From Chloroflexota bacterium (GTDB lineage: Bacteria; Chloroflexota; UBA11872; UBA12225; JAJDUF01), in contig OZ243944.1 of NCBI GenBank assembly GCA_965214295.1, forward strand, positions 75,693 to 139,692: 64,000 nucleotides of DNA, in the 5' to 3' direction. The notes beneath the pieces are model-generated. The model saw only the letters and a list, made by a program, of their open reading frames with translations, searched no databases and was not told where the DNA came from. This document shows positions 37,272 through 48,419 of this stretch, piece by piece. The first letter of the stretch is position 1. Every line of letters begins with the position of its first letter. A program made the position numbers and the translations under genes.

Positions 37272-38753
37272 TCAGCGCGGCCCCGCCCGTTGCCAAAGAC
37301 CCGCGACCAGCTGCCACTCCTCGCGGTCAAGCGGTCGCAGCGCCAGCCACACGACGACATAGACCGGCAGCGCCGTGGCGGCTACGACGAGGGAGGGACT
37401 ACCGAGCCGGCCGAGGCCCAATGCGACGGCAGCACTGGCCAGTCCACCGATCAGCGGGGCGAGCGCCTCCCGCCAGAAGGGAAGTGTGCCCAGGCTGCGA
37501 CGCACGATCACCGCAAACGGCACGAACAGCACGACCTCGGACGCTACGGTGGTCCAGGCGGCGGCCACCAGCCCATAGCGCGGCACGAGCAGGAGATTGG
37601 CAATCACGTTGAAGGCCGTGGCCAGGAAGAAACCGCCGGTAATCCAGCGTTGCTGACCAAGCGCGATGAGGACATACTGCGTCAGGCCGTTCCAGAAGCT
37701 CCCCGGCACGTACCAGACGAGAATTTGCAGGGCGATGGCCGAGTCGGGGAGAAAGCGCGCGTCCCAGAGCAAGCGCGTGATGTCGTAGGCCAGCACTGTG
37801 ATGCCGAGCGCAATCGGCACCGCGATGCCCAACAGCAGCTTGACAGCCAGCCGATAGACGGTCAGGAAGGTGGCATCCCCAGGGGCAGCTCGCCGCGACA
37901 GGACCGGGAAGAGCGCGAGCACGAACCGCGAGGGCAGGAGACCTACTGCGTCAATAATCCGGAACGCATTGCCATAGTGCCCCACGGCCCGCGGACCACG
38001 GAACGCTCCTAGGACCTGAATGTCGCTACGGAAGAAGATGCTGTTCAGCAGGTTATTGAGCATCAGCGGCCAAGCCTCGCGCAGCTGCGCGTGTAGGTCG
38101 CGGGGGAGCAGCACAATACGAGGCGTGAAGTAGCGCCGCCGGACGAGCCAAAGGAAGATCCCGGCGGTCAAGAGGCTGACAGCGAGCGAAACGCCGCCCA
38201 GGCCAATGATGCCCCAGCCAACCGCCAATACCGCGAAGCCGAGGGCTGCCGTGAGGACTCCACCCACCAACTGGACCACCGCCGGGGTCGTCATGCGCTC
38301 GTGGCCGGCAAAAACGGCACTCAAGGCACCGGCGCTGGCTACCGGGAACAGCCCGGCAGCCAGCAGCACCACAGTAATGAGGATGGCGCGATCACCGTAG
38401 AGCGTGGCGACCAAGGCCGCGGCGGGCGCACAGGCGGCAGCGAGGACCAGGCGCAAACCGACCGTCGCCGCGGTACGCTGGGCTGCCGCCGGGCGGTCGC
38501 GGGCAACATCGCGCGTGAGGAGGGTGCCTAAGCCAAAGTCGGCGAGGATGGAGGCAAAATGCCAGACGTTCTGCGCTACCGTGTACGCCCCGATGCCCGC
38601 CGGGCCGAGCACCCGCGTGGCGTAGATTGCCAGGAGCAAACCCAGCCCACGCTCGACCACGGTCACCGCCAGCGGCGCGGCCGTGTTGCGTGCCACCCGA
38701 CGCGCCAACCCTGCATCGTCCGTGCGCGCCGGGTCGTGGTCCGGATCACTCAC
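37272..38753 (-). CDS. Polysaccharide flippase (Wzx/MOP family)
   Basis: 493 aa polytopic; ARN, R.LG....G.Y, DFGL...LTRDVA. Confidence 0.88.
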   Translation of the reverse strand: MSDPDHDPARTDDAGLARRVARNTAAPLAVTVVERGLGLLLAIYATRVLGPAGIGAYTVAQNVWHFASILADFGLGTLLTRDVARDRPAAAQRTAATVGLRLVLAAACAPAAALVATLYGDRAILITVVLLAAGLFPVASAGALSAVFAGHERMTTPAVVQLVGGVLTAALGFAVLAVGWGIIGLGGVSLAVSLLTAGIFLWLVRRRYFTPRIVLLPRDLHAQLREAWPLMLNNLLNSIFFRSDIQVLGAFRGPRAVGHYGNAFRIIDAVGLLPSRFVLALFPVLSRRAAPGDATFLTVYRLAVKLLLGIAVPIALGITVLAYDITRLLWDARFLPDSAIALQILVWYVPGSFWNGLTQYVLIALGQQRWITGGFFLATAFNVIANLLLVPRYGLVAAAWTTVASEVVLFVPFAVIVRRSLGTLPFWREALAPLIGGLASAAVALGLGRLGSPSLVVAATALPVYVVVWLALRPLDREEWQLVAGLWQRAGPR

Positions 38754-39170
38754 GGTACTTGGCCCGCTCGGTCGGCATCACGTATTCCCATCCGATTGTG
38801 CATGCCGCTGCTTGTGCCGACCCGGCGCGCTAGCCTTGGCGATCATTGGATCGTGCCGATGAAGCGGTCACTGGCTACAGGACGGACTACCATCGGGCAG
38901 CGTAAGCAGTGTACCGCACCAGCCGTCGCTCCCCTGCTCAACGGCCGCTGCCGGATGACTTCCTTGTGCCTATGGACACATATCGAGTAACATAGATGTG
39001 AAGGCGTTACCGTTAGTGCTGCTCCGGCAAGGCTCTCCAGCCGGTGGGTTCATAGACGCGCGCTGGTTCATCCGGTCACTGCAACCATCTCCGAAGATTT
39101 CCCTCTGCGTCATGCGCGTCGAGGCACCACGAACCCCCAGTCCCCCGCCGTTGCGCGGGCAAGGAGCGTC

Positions 39171-40595
39171 ATGTCCCCGACCTTCGCTCAACTAGGCGTC
39201 CCCGAGACCATCTGCAACGCCCTAAAGCATCGAGGCGTCACCAAACCCTTCGAGATCCAGGCGGCTACGGTAGCCGACGCCTTGGCCGGCCGCGATATCT
39301 GCGGCCGCGCCCCTAGCGGATCAGGCAAGACGCTCGCCTTTGGGATCCCGCTCGTCGCCAGGGTCGGCCGTGCCGAGACCAAGCGGCCACGCGCGCTCGT
39401 ACTGGCACCGACACGTGAGCTTGCCGAACAGATCAACACCGTGCTTCGCTCTTTCGCCGGCGCGGTCCGCATCGGAGTCGTCTATGGGGGTCTTGGCTAC
39501 GCCACCCAAATCAAGGCCCTCCGGCGGGGTGTCGACATCCTGGTCGCCTGTCCCGGACGGCTGGAGGATCTCATCGCCCAAGGCGCCGTGAGCCTCTCCG
39601 CAATCGACCGGGTCGTGCTCGATGAGGCCGACCGAATGGCCGACATGGGCTTCATGCCCGCCGTTCGCCGGCTGCTCGACCAGGCGGTACGCAAGCGCCA
39701 GACCATGTTGTTCTCCGCGACCCTCGACGGCGATGTGGCCAAGCTCACCCGCGACTACCAACAGAATCCCGTCCGTCACGAGGTCGGAGCGGAGACTCCG
39801 GATATCACCGCGGCCCATCACGTGTTCTGGAACATAGCCAAGGTCGACCGCCCGGGGATCACCGCAGAGGCCGTAAGTGCAGTGTGGCCGGCCATCGTTT
39901 TCTGTCGGACCCGACACAGGTCCGACCGGCTTGCCAAGCAGCTCGGCAAGGCCGGTATCCAGGCAGCAGCGATCCACGGCGGCCGCAGGCAGAACCAGCG
40001 CACCCGAGCGCTCGCCGACTTCGCCAGTGGTCGGGTGCAAGCCTTAGTCGCGACCGATGTAGCCGCCCGCGGCATCCACGTCGACGGCGTAGCGTCGGTT
40101 GTCCACTATGACTGGCCCGAGGATCACAAGACCTACGTTCACCGCTCCGGGCGCACCGCTCGGGGCGGCCAGGGCGGGGTGGTCGTCTCCCTCGTCCAAC
40201 CTGATCAGGTGCAGGGCCTGCGCCGACTGCAGCGCCAGATCGGCCTCAACGAATCGTTCACGGCTCCCGACGCCAGCGCGTTGCGGGCTCTCTCACGCGC
40301 ACCCTCTCCGACCAATCCTGCCAAAACCGCCGAGGAGCACAAGACCCGATCTCGTGCTCCTCGGCACACACTCCCCGCTTCCCCGAAGACCCACCAAGAT
40401 CACAGCGGCCGCGCCCCATCAGGCCGGCGCAAGGGTCGCCCGAAGGCCAAGAACCGTAAGAAAGCGAGCCAGGCGCATGCCGGTGGCCGATCATGGGGCA
40501 GGAACAAGGCCACCTACCGGTCCTCACGCACGGGCCGTAGTGTGCCGAACCTCAGGGCCAGTCGGACGCATCAGCTATCCCGCGCTGCCGGATAG
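39171..40595 (+). CDS. DEAD-box RNA helicase
   Basis: GSGKT, PTRELA, DEAD, SAT, ARGI, HRSGRTAR, basic tail. Confidence 0.96.
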   Translation: MSPTFAQLGVPETICNALKHRGVTKPFEIQAATVADALAGRDICGRAPSGSGKTLAFGIPLVARVGRAETKRPRALVLAPTRELAEQINTVLRSFAGAVRIGVVYGGLGYATQIKALRRGVDILVACPGRLEDLIAQGAVSLSAIDRVVLDEADRMADMGFMPAVRRLLDQAVRKRQTMLFSATLDGDVAKLTRDYQQNPVRHEVGAETPDITAAHHVFWNIAKVDRPGITAEAVSAVWPAIVFCRTRHRSDRLAKQLGKAGIQAAAIHGGRRQNQRTRALADFASGRVQALVATDVAARGIHVDGVASVVHYDWPEDHKTYVHRSGRTARGGQGGVVVSLVQPDQVQGLRRLQRQIGLNESFTAPDASALRALSRAPSPTNPAKTAEEHKTRSRAPRHTLPASPKTHQDHSGRAPSGRRKGRPKAKNRKKASQAHAGGRSWGRNKATYRSSRTGRSVPNLRASRTHQLSRAAG

Positions 40596-41246
40596 CTCGG
40601 CGGTCGCGAACCGGCAGCGCATGCCGTTCAGCAACTGAGGAGGCCCTGAGGAGGCCAGTGGGTCATAGGTGCTGTTGTCTGAGCCAGGACCGCTTCGGCA
40701 CCCGCAGCGGCAGTGGGGCTTGCTTTGTGGAACGGCTACTGGCAGTGGCCATGACCTGCCGGCAGCAGGGACAGTCCCCACTCGACTGACTGACCGCGGT
40801 ATACATGGCTGCCCAATGCGGGCATACCATTCCTTCCCTCGTCCCGACCAAGGTCTCCGCATAGGGGCCGTTAACGATTCCCGTAGGGTTCATGTAGCCC
40901 TTTGCAGGGGTGCTAGGGAGAGCAACGTGCTCGCCAAGCAGGGCGCTAGGCGCTAGAATGTGCGTTCGAGTAGCGACGGTAGCAGCGAGGACGGCAGGGA
41001 TGCGAAAGCGGAGAACGCCACCGACAGCGCAGTTGCCCCTGTTGCGGCTGCTGACCCCCGCCATTCTGCAGCGGATGCGTGCCCAGCGGTTCCGGGCTAC
41101 GGTCGCAGCCGCGCAAGCCAACCCCGACGATCTCACCCCGGAAATGCGCGAGGTCTTGGCGCGCGAGATCGCGATTCGGGAAGCACGGGCCTACCGTCGC
41201 GGCCGGCGTGTACCCCGCGCGTAGGCTCCGGGGTGCCGAGGAGCGC

Positions 41247-42566
41247 CTAGCGGTAGTGTTGGCCAGCGAAGAGGGTTGTCGGGTCGAGCGGCTCGCGGAT
41301 CAGCGTCACCGTGCCGTTCGTCTCCAGTAAGTATTCGGCTGGCCAGGCATGGCTAAGGAAGGCCAGCGACGACATCGTTAGCCCATAGGCGCCGGCCTTG
41401 TGCAAGGCCAGCAAGTCGCCCGCCTGCAACGGCGGGAGCAGCGCAGCGCGGGCAATCACATCAATCGAGGTGCAGAGCGGTCCGCCGATGGCGTAAGTAC
41501 GGGGTGGGCCGCGGTGGTCCTCAGCAGTCGCAGCAGGGAGCAGCAATGTCACCGGATGATCTTGCCGGACCGCTACTGGGCGCCGGAAGTGATTCGTGCC
41601 CCCGTCCACCAGGGCATAGTCCGTGCCGCGCGAGTGCTTCACGTCGAGCACGCGCACGACGTATGTGCCGGCCTCACCGACCAGATAGCGCCCTAGCTCC
41701 AGCGCGATCTCCTTGTCGTCAAATCCGAACGCTGCGATGAGGTCCTGCAGCCCGGACGTATAGTGGGACAGATCAAGCTCCTGGCCCGGAAAGGCTTGAT
41801 AATCCACGCCCAGACCACCGCCGAGGTCCACGACCGGAAACCGCCGCCGGTAGTCTCGCTCCAACCGCCGCACAAGCTCGAAGACGCGGCGCGTATACTC
41901 CACGAGCAGCGCTGCATCGAGTACCCCGGTGGCAGCGAAGACGTGGACCCCACGCACATCGAGGTGGCGGAGGCTGAGAAGCTGCGGGAACACGGCATCG
42001 AGTTGCTCCTCGTCAACGCCGAACTTCTGGGCGCCGCCGCCAAGCTGCACCGCGGCGTCGGCGTCGTGTATCTCGAAGCGAGCGTTGATACGCAGCAAGA
42101 TCGGCTGGCGTGGGGGCGCAACACGCTGCGTCCCTACAGCAGCGACAATGGAGTCGAGCCGTTGGGCCTCGCGCAGCGACTCGACGTTGATCGTGCGGAG
42201 GCCATATCGGACCGAGGCGGCTAGCTCGTCGTCCGTCTTGGCCGGCCCCGTGAACAGCACCCGCTCGCCGGCGATACCCAGGCGCCCGGCGACGGCCAGC
42301 TCACCGGCCGAGGCGATCTCCATACCCGCACCGAGCGCGGTAAGCTCCTGCACGAGCCGCAGCGACGGATTGGCCTTGATCGCGTAGTAGACCCGCACTT
42401 GTGGCGGGAGCGCCATCGTCAGCTCGCGGTAACGGCGCCGTATGGTGGCGAGGTCGTAGATGTAGAAGGGGGTGCGATCCGCAAGCGCAGCAAGAGTCTC
42501 GCGCGGCACCAAGCGCCCGACAAACAGCTCGCGTGCGCCGTCACCCATGACTTGGTGCATGCTCAT
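41247..42566 (-). CDS. lysA: Diaminopimelate decarboxylase-like PLP enzyme (fold III)
   Basis: YAIKANP, EIAS.GE, KFG, DLGGG, ELGRYL, GPLCT..D, GAYG; near dapC/dapD. Confidence 0.75.
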   Translation of the reverse strand: MSMHQVMGDGARELFVGRLVPRETLAALADRTPFYIYDLATIRRRYRELTMALPPQVRVYYAIKANPSLRLVQELTALGAGMEIASAGELAVAGRLGIAGERVLFTGPAKTDDELAASVRYGLRTINVESLREAQRLDSIVAAVGTQRVAPPRQPILLRINARFEIHDADAAVQLGGGAQKFGVDEEQLDAVFPQLLSLRHLDVRGVHVFAATGVLDAALLVEYTRRVFELVRRLERDYRRRFPVVDLGGGLGVDYQAFPGQELDLSHYTSGLQDLIAAFGFDDKEIALELGRYLVGEAGTYVVRVLDVKHSRGTDYALVDGGTNHFRRPVAVRQDHPVTLLLPAATAEDHRGPPRTYAIGGPLCTSIDVIARAALLPPLQAGDLLALHKAGAYGLTMSSLAFLSHAWPAEYLLETNGTVTLIREPLDPTTLFAGQHYR

Positions 42567-42733
42567 AGCTTATGCCATCCCTCGGAAACGTTGCATGGAG
42601 CAACCGTATATGGCTCCGTATTCGCCTGTCAACCGCTCTTGATGTCACGCCGAGCTGTCGGCCGAGCCAGGGCGGCGCGCTACAGCAAGCAGGTGATTGG
42701 ACACGACGACGATGTTCGGATGGTGGCAACGAC

Positions 42734-42761
42734 TTGACAGCCCCACCTGATGCTGTATAAT
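42734..42761 (+). promoter_or_regulatory. Consensus sigma70 promoter
   Basis: TTGACA-16-TATAAT. Confidence 0.8.
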
Positions 42762-42831
42762 CCATAACAGTCGATAGGGCCGAAGCCGGTTGGTCCGTTG
42801 GGTGCTTGCACCCAGTCGGCTCCTTTTTCCA

Positions 42832-43533
42832 GTGCATATCATCTACCTGGATGAGTCTGGTACTCACGCGGAGGCTCGCTACTTTGTCGTAGCGGGCCTT
42901 GCTGTTTTTGAGCGCGAGACCTACCACCTGGCCCAAAGCGTCGAGCGCCTATTACTTACGAGATTTCCGCAAGCGACCACTCCGCTCCCGCTTCATGCCT
43001 CAACCCTCCGCGCACCACCTAACCGACAGGAACCACCGTTCGACTCCATCACTGAAGCCCAACGACGCCAGCTCATCAGTGAAGTTTACGGAGTGGTCGC
43101 AAACTCAAGAGCCAGAATCTTCGCGGTTGCAATGGAAAAGGCCGGTATTACCGGGCATCCATACGAGCGAGGTGAGCCACAGAGAGGGCTAGTGGTGATA
43201 GCAGAGTCGTCATACCGCGAGAACCTTGAAGTGTTAGCACAGCGGATCTGGACACAAGGACATCGCTGGGGTGAAACCCACAATCTCGCAGATATACCAT
43301 ATTTTGCACCTGCCAAGAGCACCAGATTGCTTCAACTTGCCGATTTCATCTCAAATGCTGTTTTTGGTAGATACGAAAGTGGATACTCTCGTGACTTTGA
43401 TCTCATAGCACCGCGCTTCGATCAAGATGAGGGCCGCATTCACGGCCTCGTTCACATCGCCCGCGATAGGCAGTCCTGCTATTGCCCCGCGTGTGTAGCT
43501 CGTCGTGCGTATTCTCGTTCCGAGATAGATTGA
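42832..43533 (+). CDS. DUF3800 domain protein
   Basis: IYLDESG at N-terminus, LLQLADFI near C-terminus; more AT-rich than flanks. Confidence 0.85.
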   Translation: MHIIYLDESGTHAEARYFVVAGLAVFERETYHLAQSVERLLLTRFPQATTPLPLHASTLRAPPNRQEPPFDSITEAQRRQLISEVYGVVANSRARIFAVAMEKAGITGHPYERGEPQRGLVVIAESSYRENLEVLAQRIWTQGHRWGETHNLADIPYFAPAKSTRLLQLADFISNAVFGRYESGYSRDFDLIAPRFDQDEGRIHGLVHIARDRQSCYCPACVARRAYSRSEID

Positions 43534-43661
43534 GCTACGCTCCTGCTCCCTCCCCGGAGCAGCGCCCCCGCACTACACTCCTCCGGGAGCGACGCAATCG
43601 CCGTGCTCCTGGCATAGTAGACGGTCAGCCCGAATCGTCGGCCGCTTGGATGGACAGTGCG

Positions 43662-44807
43662 ATGAATAGTGCCATCGGGAAGCTCACACCCTATGCCTTC
43701 ACCGCCCTCCGCCAGCGCCAGGAGGCGCTGCAGGCGCAGGGCATCGAGCTGCTGGATTTCGGAGTCGGCGATCCCCAGGACCCCACGCCCGCGTTCATTC
43801 GTCAAGCACTGACCGACGCCCTGCGGCCGGAGTCCCGCTATCCGACTTCCGCCGGTCTACCGGAGCTACGGCAAGCCATCGCCGGCTGGTTCGGTCGTCG
43901 CTTCGGTGTGACACTCGATCCCGACGTACACGTCTTGCCGGCGAACGGCTCCAAGGAGGCTCTGTTCAACCTGGGGTTGGCGTTGCTCGATGACCCACGC
44001 CGCGGTCCGCAGGCCGTCGGCGTGCCGGAGCTGGCGTATCAGGTCTACGCCGACAGCGCCCGGCTGCACCATGCCGAGGTCATTCCCCTGCCCCTCGACG
44101 CCGACTGGCTACCCGACCTCAATGCGCTGACGCCTGACGTGCTCGGCCGCCTGCGCCTCCTCTGGCTGAACTACCCCAATAACCCCACGGGCGCCGTGGC
44201 ACCACCGTCCTATTACCGCGAGGTCCTGGCACTAGCAGAGCGCTGGGGCTTCTACGTCGCCTCCGACGAGGCCTACAGCGAGCTGTGGTACGACAGTCCA
44301 CCGCCGAGCCTGCTGCAAACCGGGTTGGAGCGAGCTATCGTCATCAACACGCTCTCCAAACGCAGCAATATGACCGCCTATCGCAGCGGCGTGATCGCTG
44401 GCGACGCGCAGGTGCTTGCAACCCTACGCAACGTGCGCCCGCGGATGGGGGTAGCGACCCCGGAGTTCATCCAGCACGCGGCGCGTGCTGCCTGGGAGGA
44501 CGAGGCACACGTGACGGCCCAGCGCCGGCGCTACGCCGAGCGGCGGCAGCTGTTCATCGAGGTCCTGGCACGAAAGGGGCTGGTCGTAGACGCGAGCGAG
44601 GCGACGTTCTACTTATGGGTGCGTGTGCCGGAGTGGGTTACGGGGCGCTCGTCGCGGCAGCTCGCCGAGTGGCTGCTGGAGCGCGGGATTGTCGTGCTGC
44701 CCGGCGAGTTCTTGGGCGCGCGCGGCGCTGGGCACGTCCGGCTGGCGTTGGTACCACCCCTCGAAACCTGCCAACGGGCAGGTGAGATTCTCGATAGCGT
44801 GCTCTGA
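43662..44807 (+). CDS. dapC: Succinyl/LL-diaminopimelate aminotransferase-like (class I/II)
   Basis: GVGDP, GSKEA, NYPNNPTG, SDEAYSE, LSKRSNMT.YRSG; upstream of dapD. Confidence 0.82.
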   Translation: MNSAIGKLTPYAFTALRQRQEALQAQGIELLDFGVGDPQDPTPAFIRQALTDALRPESRYPTSAGLPELRQAIAGWFGRRFGVTLDPDVHVLPANGSKEALFNLGLALLDDPRRGPQAVGVPELAYQVYADSARLHHAEVIPLPLDADWLPDLNALTPDVLGRLRLLWLNYPNNPTGAVAPPSYYREVLALAERWGFYVASDEAYSELWYDSPPPSLLQTGLERAIVINTLSKRSNMTAYRSGVIAGDAQVLATLRNVRPRMGVATPEFIQHAARAAWEDEAHVTAQRRRYAERRQLFIEVLARKGLVVDASEATFYLWVRVPEWVTGRSSRQLAEWLLERGIVVLPGEFLGARGAGHVRLALVPPLETCQRAGEILDSVL

Positions 44808-44844
44808 GCGCAGCGGAGGCGTGCATGACAAAAGGAGTGGGTTG

Positions 44845-45672
44845 ATGGAGCGAGAGATGATGCAGGCACTGATCGAGGCCGCGGCCAGCGGCGAGCGCTC
44901 GGCGGATGATGCCACGGTCAGGGCGGCTGTGGACGCGACTATCGCGGCGCTCGACAGTGGCAACCTGCGGGTAGCCGAGCAAAGCGGGCCGGGCGAATGG
45001 CGGGTCAATGCCTGGGCCAAGCAAGCCATCCTGCTCTACTTCGGCTTGCAGGACATGGTGATCCACGAGGTCGGCCCGTTCCAATTCCACGACAAGGTAC
45101 CGCTCAAGCGCAACCTAGACGCCGCCGGCGTGCGCGTCGTCCCGCCCGGCACGGCGCGTTACGGCTCGTTCTTGGAGCCTGGCGTCATTCTCATGCCCGG
45201 TTATGTCAATATCGGCGGCTGGGTTGGCGCCGGGACGATGGTGGATACCTGGGCGACGGTCGGATCGTGCGCCCAAATCGGTCGCAACGTGCATCTCGCG
45301 GGCGGTGTAGGCATCGGCGGCGTGCTGGAGCCACCCGGAGCCACGCCGGTCATAGTCGAGGACAACGCCTTTATCGGGAGCCGGTGCATCATTGTCGAGG
45401 GCGCCATGATCGAAGCAGAGGCCGTCTTGGGCGCCGGCGTGATGATTACGGCGAGCAGCAGGATCGTTGACGTGCGGGAAGGCGCGAACGGCCAAGTGTA
45501 CCGCGGCCGGGTGCCGGCGCGGGCAGTGGTCGTGGATGGCGTGTATCCTCGCCAGTTCCCCGGCGGCGCGGCCTACATCCGCTGTGCCTATATCATCGGC
45601 ACACGCAGCGAGCGGCACGACAAGCACCTCTCCCTCGAACAGGCGCTCCGCGACTACGACGTCACGGTCTAG
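44845..45672 (+). CDS. dapD: Tetrahydrodipicolinate N-succinyltransferase
   Basis: LD.G.LRVAE, W.K.AILLYF, DKVPLK, MVDTWATVGSCAQIG, GIGGVLEP. Confidence 0.95.
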   Translation: MEREMMQALIEAAASGERSADDATVRAAVDATIAALDSGNLRVAEQSGPGEWRVNAWAKQAILLYFGLQDMVIHEVGPFQFHDKVPLKRNLDAAGVRVVPPGTARYGSFLEPGVILMPGYVNIGGWVGAGTMVDTWATVGSCAQIGRNVHLAGGVGIGGVLEPPGATPVIVEDNAFIGSRCIIVEGAMIEAEAVLGAGVMITASSRIVDVREGANGQVYRGRVPARAVVVDGVYPRQFPGGAAYIRCAYIIGTRSERHDKHLSLEQALRDYDVTV

Positions 45673-45720
45673 GGTCAAGCGACAGCGCGCACCGAGCAGA
45701 CCAAGATGAGCACAGCGGCC

Positions 45721-46144
45721 ATGCGCCTAGGCGCATTCCTGCCTCCGGGGGAGACCGGGAACGACCCGGTTGCCATTCTTGCCCGTCCAGTGTCCCATCC
45801 CCATCTGGCTTGGTGGCGGCGCCGACCCGGTCCTGCGGCGGATTGCTCGTCTGGCAGACGGCTGGTTGCCCGAGCTACCGCCCGACGATAACGCCCGACG
45901 GGCGGTAGCTCGTCTCCATACCTATGCGCGTGCTGCGGGGCGCGATCCGGCAGCCATCGGCATCGAGCCGCTGCTCCGGACCGCGAATAAACCGGAGGCG
46001 CAATGGGTAGCGGACGCCACCGCCTGGTGGGAGCTGGGAGCGACGCACCTGGCAGTGGAGACGTGGGGCACCAAGCTGCGCTTCCCGGACCAGCACATCG
46101 CGGCGCCCAGTCATTGCTACGCGGCGCTCCGGAGCGAAAGATAA
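45721..46144 (+). pseudogene. LLM-class (F420-dependent) oxidoreductase remnant
   Basis: N-terminus MRLGAFLP..E.G.DP.AI fused out of frame to C-terminal PVQ.PIPIWLGG....LRRIARLADGW. Confidence 0.75.
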
Positions 46145-46212
46145 GCGGAAGCTCCGTTCCCGCCAGCGGACGTTCGCAGCTCTCCATACCTTAAACTCAC
46201 CGGGCGCTCGGC

Positions 46213-48009
46213 TCACCCTCGGCAGGTGGGATAGTCGGGCTGGGCCGGCGCCGCGCTGGCCGGGTAGGGCGGGCCGACGGTGATCCGCTCGAAGAACGTG
46301 CCATCCACTGCCGTCATATCACACCAGTAGAAGCCCAGCGCTTGGAACGTCGCGACGTTCGGCACGTGCCGCCACTGCCCTAACTCGGTGTCGTAGGCGA
46401 AGATCTCCCCGGCCCCCCCGCCGTCGAAGCGCCGCACCAGCATGTTCGGCGCCGGGTGCTGCTCGTCCAAGGGCACCGTGATGAGCGCCTCCACCGGCGC
46501 CGTGTAGTCGCTGTTCACCGCTTCCCAAGGGGTTCTCCCGACCAGCGCACTGTCGGGAGCCACCCAGCGCCGCACGATCTGTCCATCGGCCTCCCGGCGT
46601 ACTACGGTGTACGTAGCCCCGATGCCCTGGTCGCGCACGATCCCCACGACCACCTGCTCCTGGCCATCCTCCGCGATCCAGCCCACCCCGACCTCAAGCG
46701 AGGCCGCCGGCTGGTCATAACGCTCGACGGACACCCGGTCCCCGGGGCGCTCGATGGCCACCGCGACGGTGTTCTCACCCAGGACCGGCGGGGTAGGCGT
46801 GGGCGTCGGGGTCTTCGTCGGCCTGGGCGTGTTCGCCGGCCTGGACCTGGACGTGGCCGGCGGGCGTGGCGTAGCGGTCGGCACCGGCGTATTGGTGGGC
46901 GTGTCCGTGGGTGTGGGGGTGTTGGTGGGCGTAGCCGTAGCCGTCGGCGTGTTGGTGGGCGTGTTGGTGGGCGTAGCGGTGGCCGTGGCCGTCGCGGTGG
47001 CCGTCGCCGTGGGGGTCGCGGTCGCCGTGGGGGTCGCGGTGGCCGTGGGCGTAGCCGTGGCCGTGGGCGTGGTGGTCGGCGTCGGCGTCGGGGTGGCGCA
47101 CACCGGATCGGGCGGGCCGGCGGAGTTGGTCATGATTAGGACGTTCAGCGCTCCCATTCCCACGGCTTGGTACGCGGCCAACTCGGCCGCGTCAGCCCAT
47201 CGGCCATCACCACTGCCACCGCTTCCGCCCGGTTGGACGTCGAAATACAGCTTCGCGAGCGCGTTCAGGTCGGCTTCCGCGCAGTACGCCGGCGCCACAT
47301 TGCCCAGTCCGTTGCCGGACAAATCCAGCTCTTGCAGGCTGGTCAGCCCCGCGAGCAGTTGGCTGGGCAGACAGTCGAGCTGGTTGTTGCGGAGATGCAG
47401 CACTTCCAGGTTGGTCAGCCCCGCGAACTGGTCGGCGTCCAAGCGGCCCAACTGGGTGTGGTGGAGCCACAGGTGTGTCAGGCTGGTCAGCCCCTCGAAT
47501 AGGGTGCTGGGCAACGTGGTCAACTGGTTGTCGCGCAGCCACAGGCTTTGCAGGTTGGTCAGCCCGGCGAACTGGGCGGCCTCCAAGCTACTCAACTGAT
47601 TGTCGTGGAGATACAGCTCTTGCAGGCCGGTCAGCTCCGCGAACAGGGTGACGGGCAACGTGGTCAGGTCGTTGTTCTGCAGCCCCAGCTGCGTCAGGCC
47701 GGTCAGCCCCGCGAAGTCTCCGGCCTGCAGCGTGGTCAACGATTTGTTACTGAGATCCAGGAACTCGATGCCTGCCAGGTGGGACTCGGTGACGCCGGCG
47801 CAGTCGTTGACCCCTGCCGCGGCGAGGATGGCGGCAACGACCGCCTGGGTGCGCCCGTGCAGCGGGCCGTTGCCGCAGGTGGCCTCCGCCGGCTGGGCCT
47901 TGACCGTGGGGGTGAGCATGACCGCCAGCGCCAGGCCCGCGAGCAGCGCCCCCAGCGACGGCCACCCCACGGCCCGGCGCATCGCCCGACCGGGAGCGGA
48001 AGCGCTCAC
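46213..48009 (-). CDS. Secreted leucine-rich-repeat protein with Pro/Thr linker
   Basis: Signal peptide, about 7 LRRs of 24 aa (FAGLT.L..L.L..NQL), PT/TA repeat stalk, C-terminal domain. Confidence 0.9.
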   Translation of the reverse strand: MSASAPGRAMRRAVGWPSLGALLAGLALAVMLTPTVKAQPAEATCGNGPLHGRTQAVVAAILAAAGVNDCAGVTESHLAGIEFLDLSNKSLTTLQAGDFAGLTGLTQLGLQNNDLTTLPVTLFAELTGLQELYLHDNQLSSLEAAQFAGLTNLQSLWLRDNQLTTLPSTLFEGLTSLTHLWLHHTQLGRLDADQFAGLTNLEVLHLRNNQLDCLPSQLLAGLTSLQELDLSGNGLGNVAPAYCAEADLNALAKLYFDVQPGGSGGSGDGRWADAAELAAYQAVGMGALNVLIMTNSAGPPDPVCATPTPTPTTTPTATATPTATATPTATATPTATATATATATATPTNTPTNTPTATATPTNTPTPTDTPTNTPVPTATPRPPATSRSRPANTPRPTKTPTPTPTPPVLGENTVAVAIERPGDRVSVERYDQPAASLEVGVGWIAEDGQEQVVVGIVRDQGIGATYTVVRREADGQIVRRWVAPDSALVGRTPWEAVNSDYTAPVEALITVPLDEQHPAPNMLVRRFDGGGAGEIFAYDTELGQWRHVPNVATFQALGFYWCDMTAVDGTFFERITVGPPYPASAAPAQPDYPTCRG

Positions 48010-48419
48010 CCCCCCCGAACAAGAGTTCTAGTGGCCCAGCGCACGGACAGCCGCCGTGGTCCGGCCCCGCGTCGGACATCGCTTGGCATGCTTCCCCCTC
48101 ACGTCGGCTCGTTCCCGCGCAAACATAGGCGCGAATAGGCACGAACGGAAGCGGGGAACAAAACAGCGAGGCCAACGCCCTCTCGGTCTGGCCGGGGGCC
48201 ACACCGGTAGCAGGAAAGCGAGGTGGACAGTCGGACCGCCGAGGCGGGTCCCGGTGCGAACCGCGCCGCCCCCTCGGCGCGCCTTGACAAACCGGGCCGA
48301 CGGATGGTAGGAAAAGAGGGTCAGGTCCCCGCTATCTTGGGGTAGAAGGGCGATGACCGTCAGGGTGGAGTTCGGCCCCGGCAAGAGTTGAACTCCGCTC
48401 TGACGTAACCGCGGCTAAG

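Noticed and set aside
40910-41224. Small basic ORF
   Set aside because: No recognisable family and uncertain start; not called.
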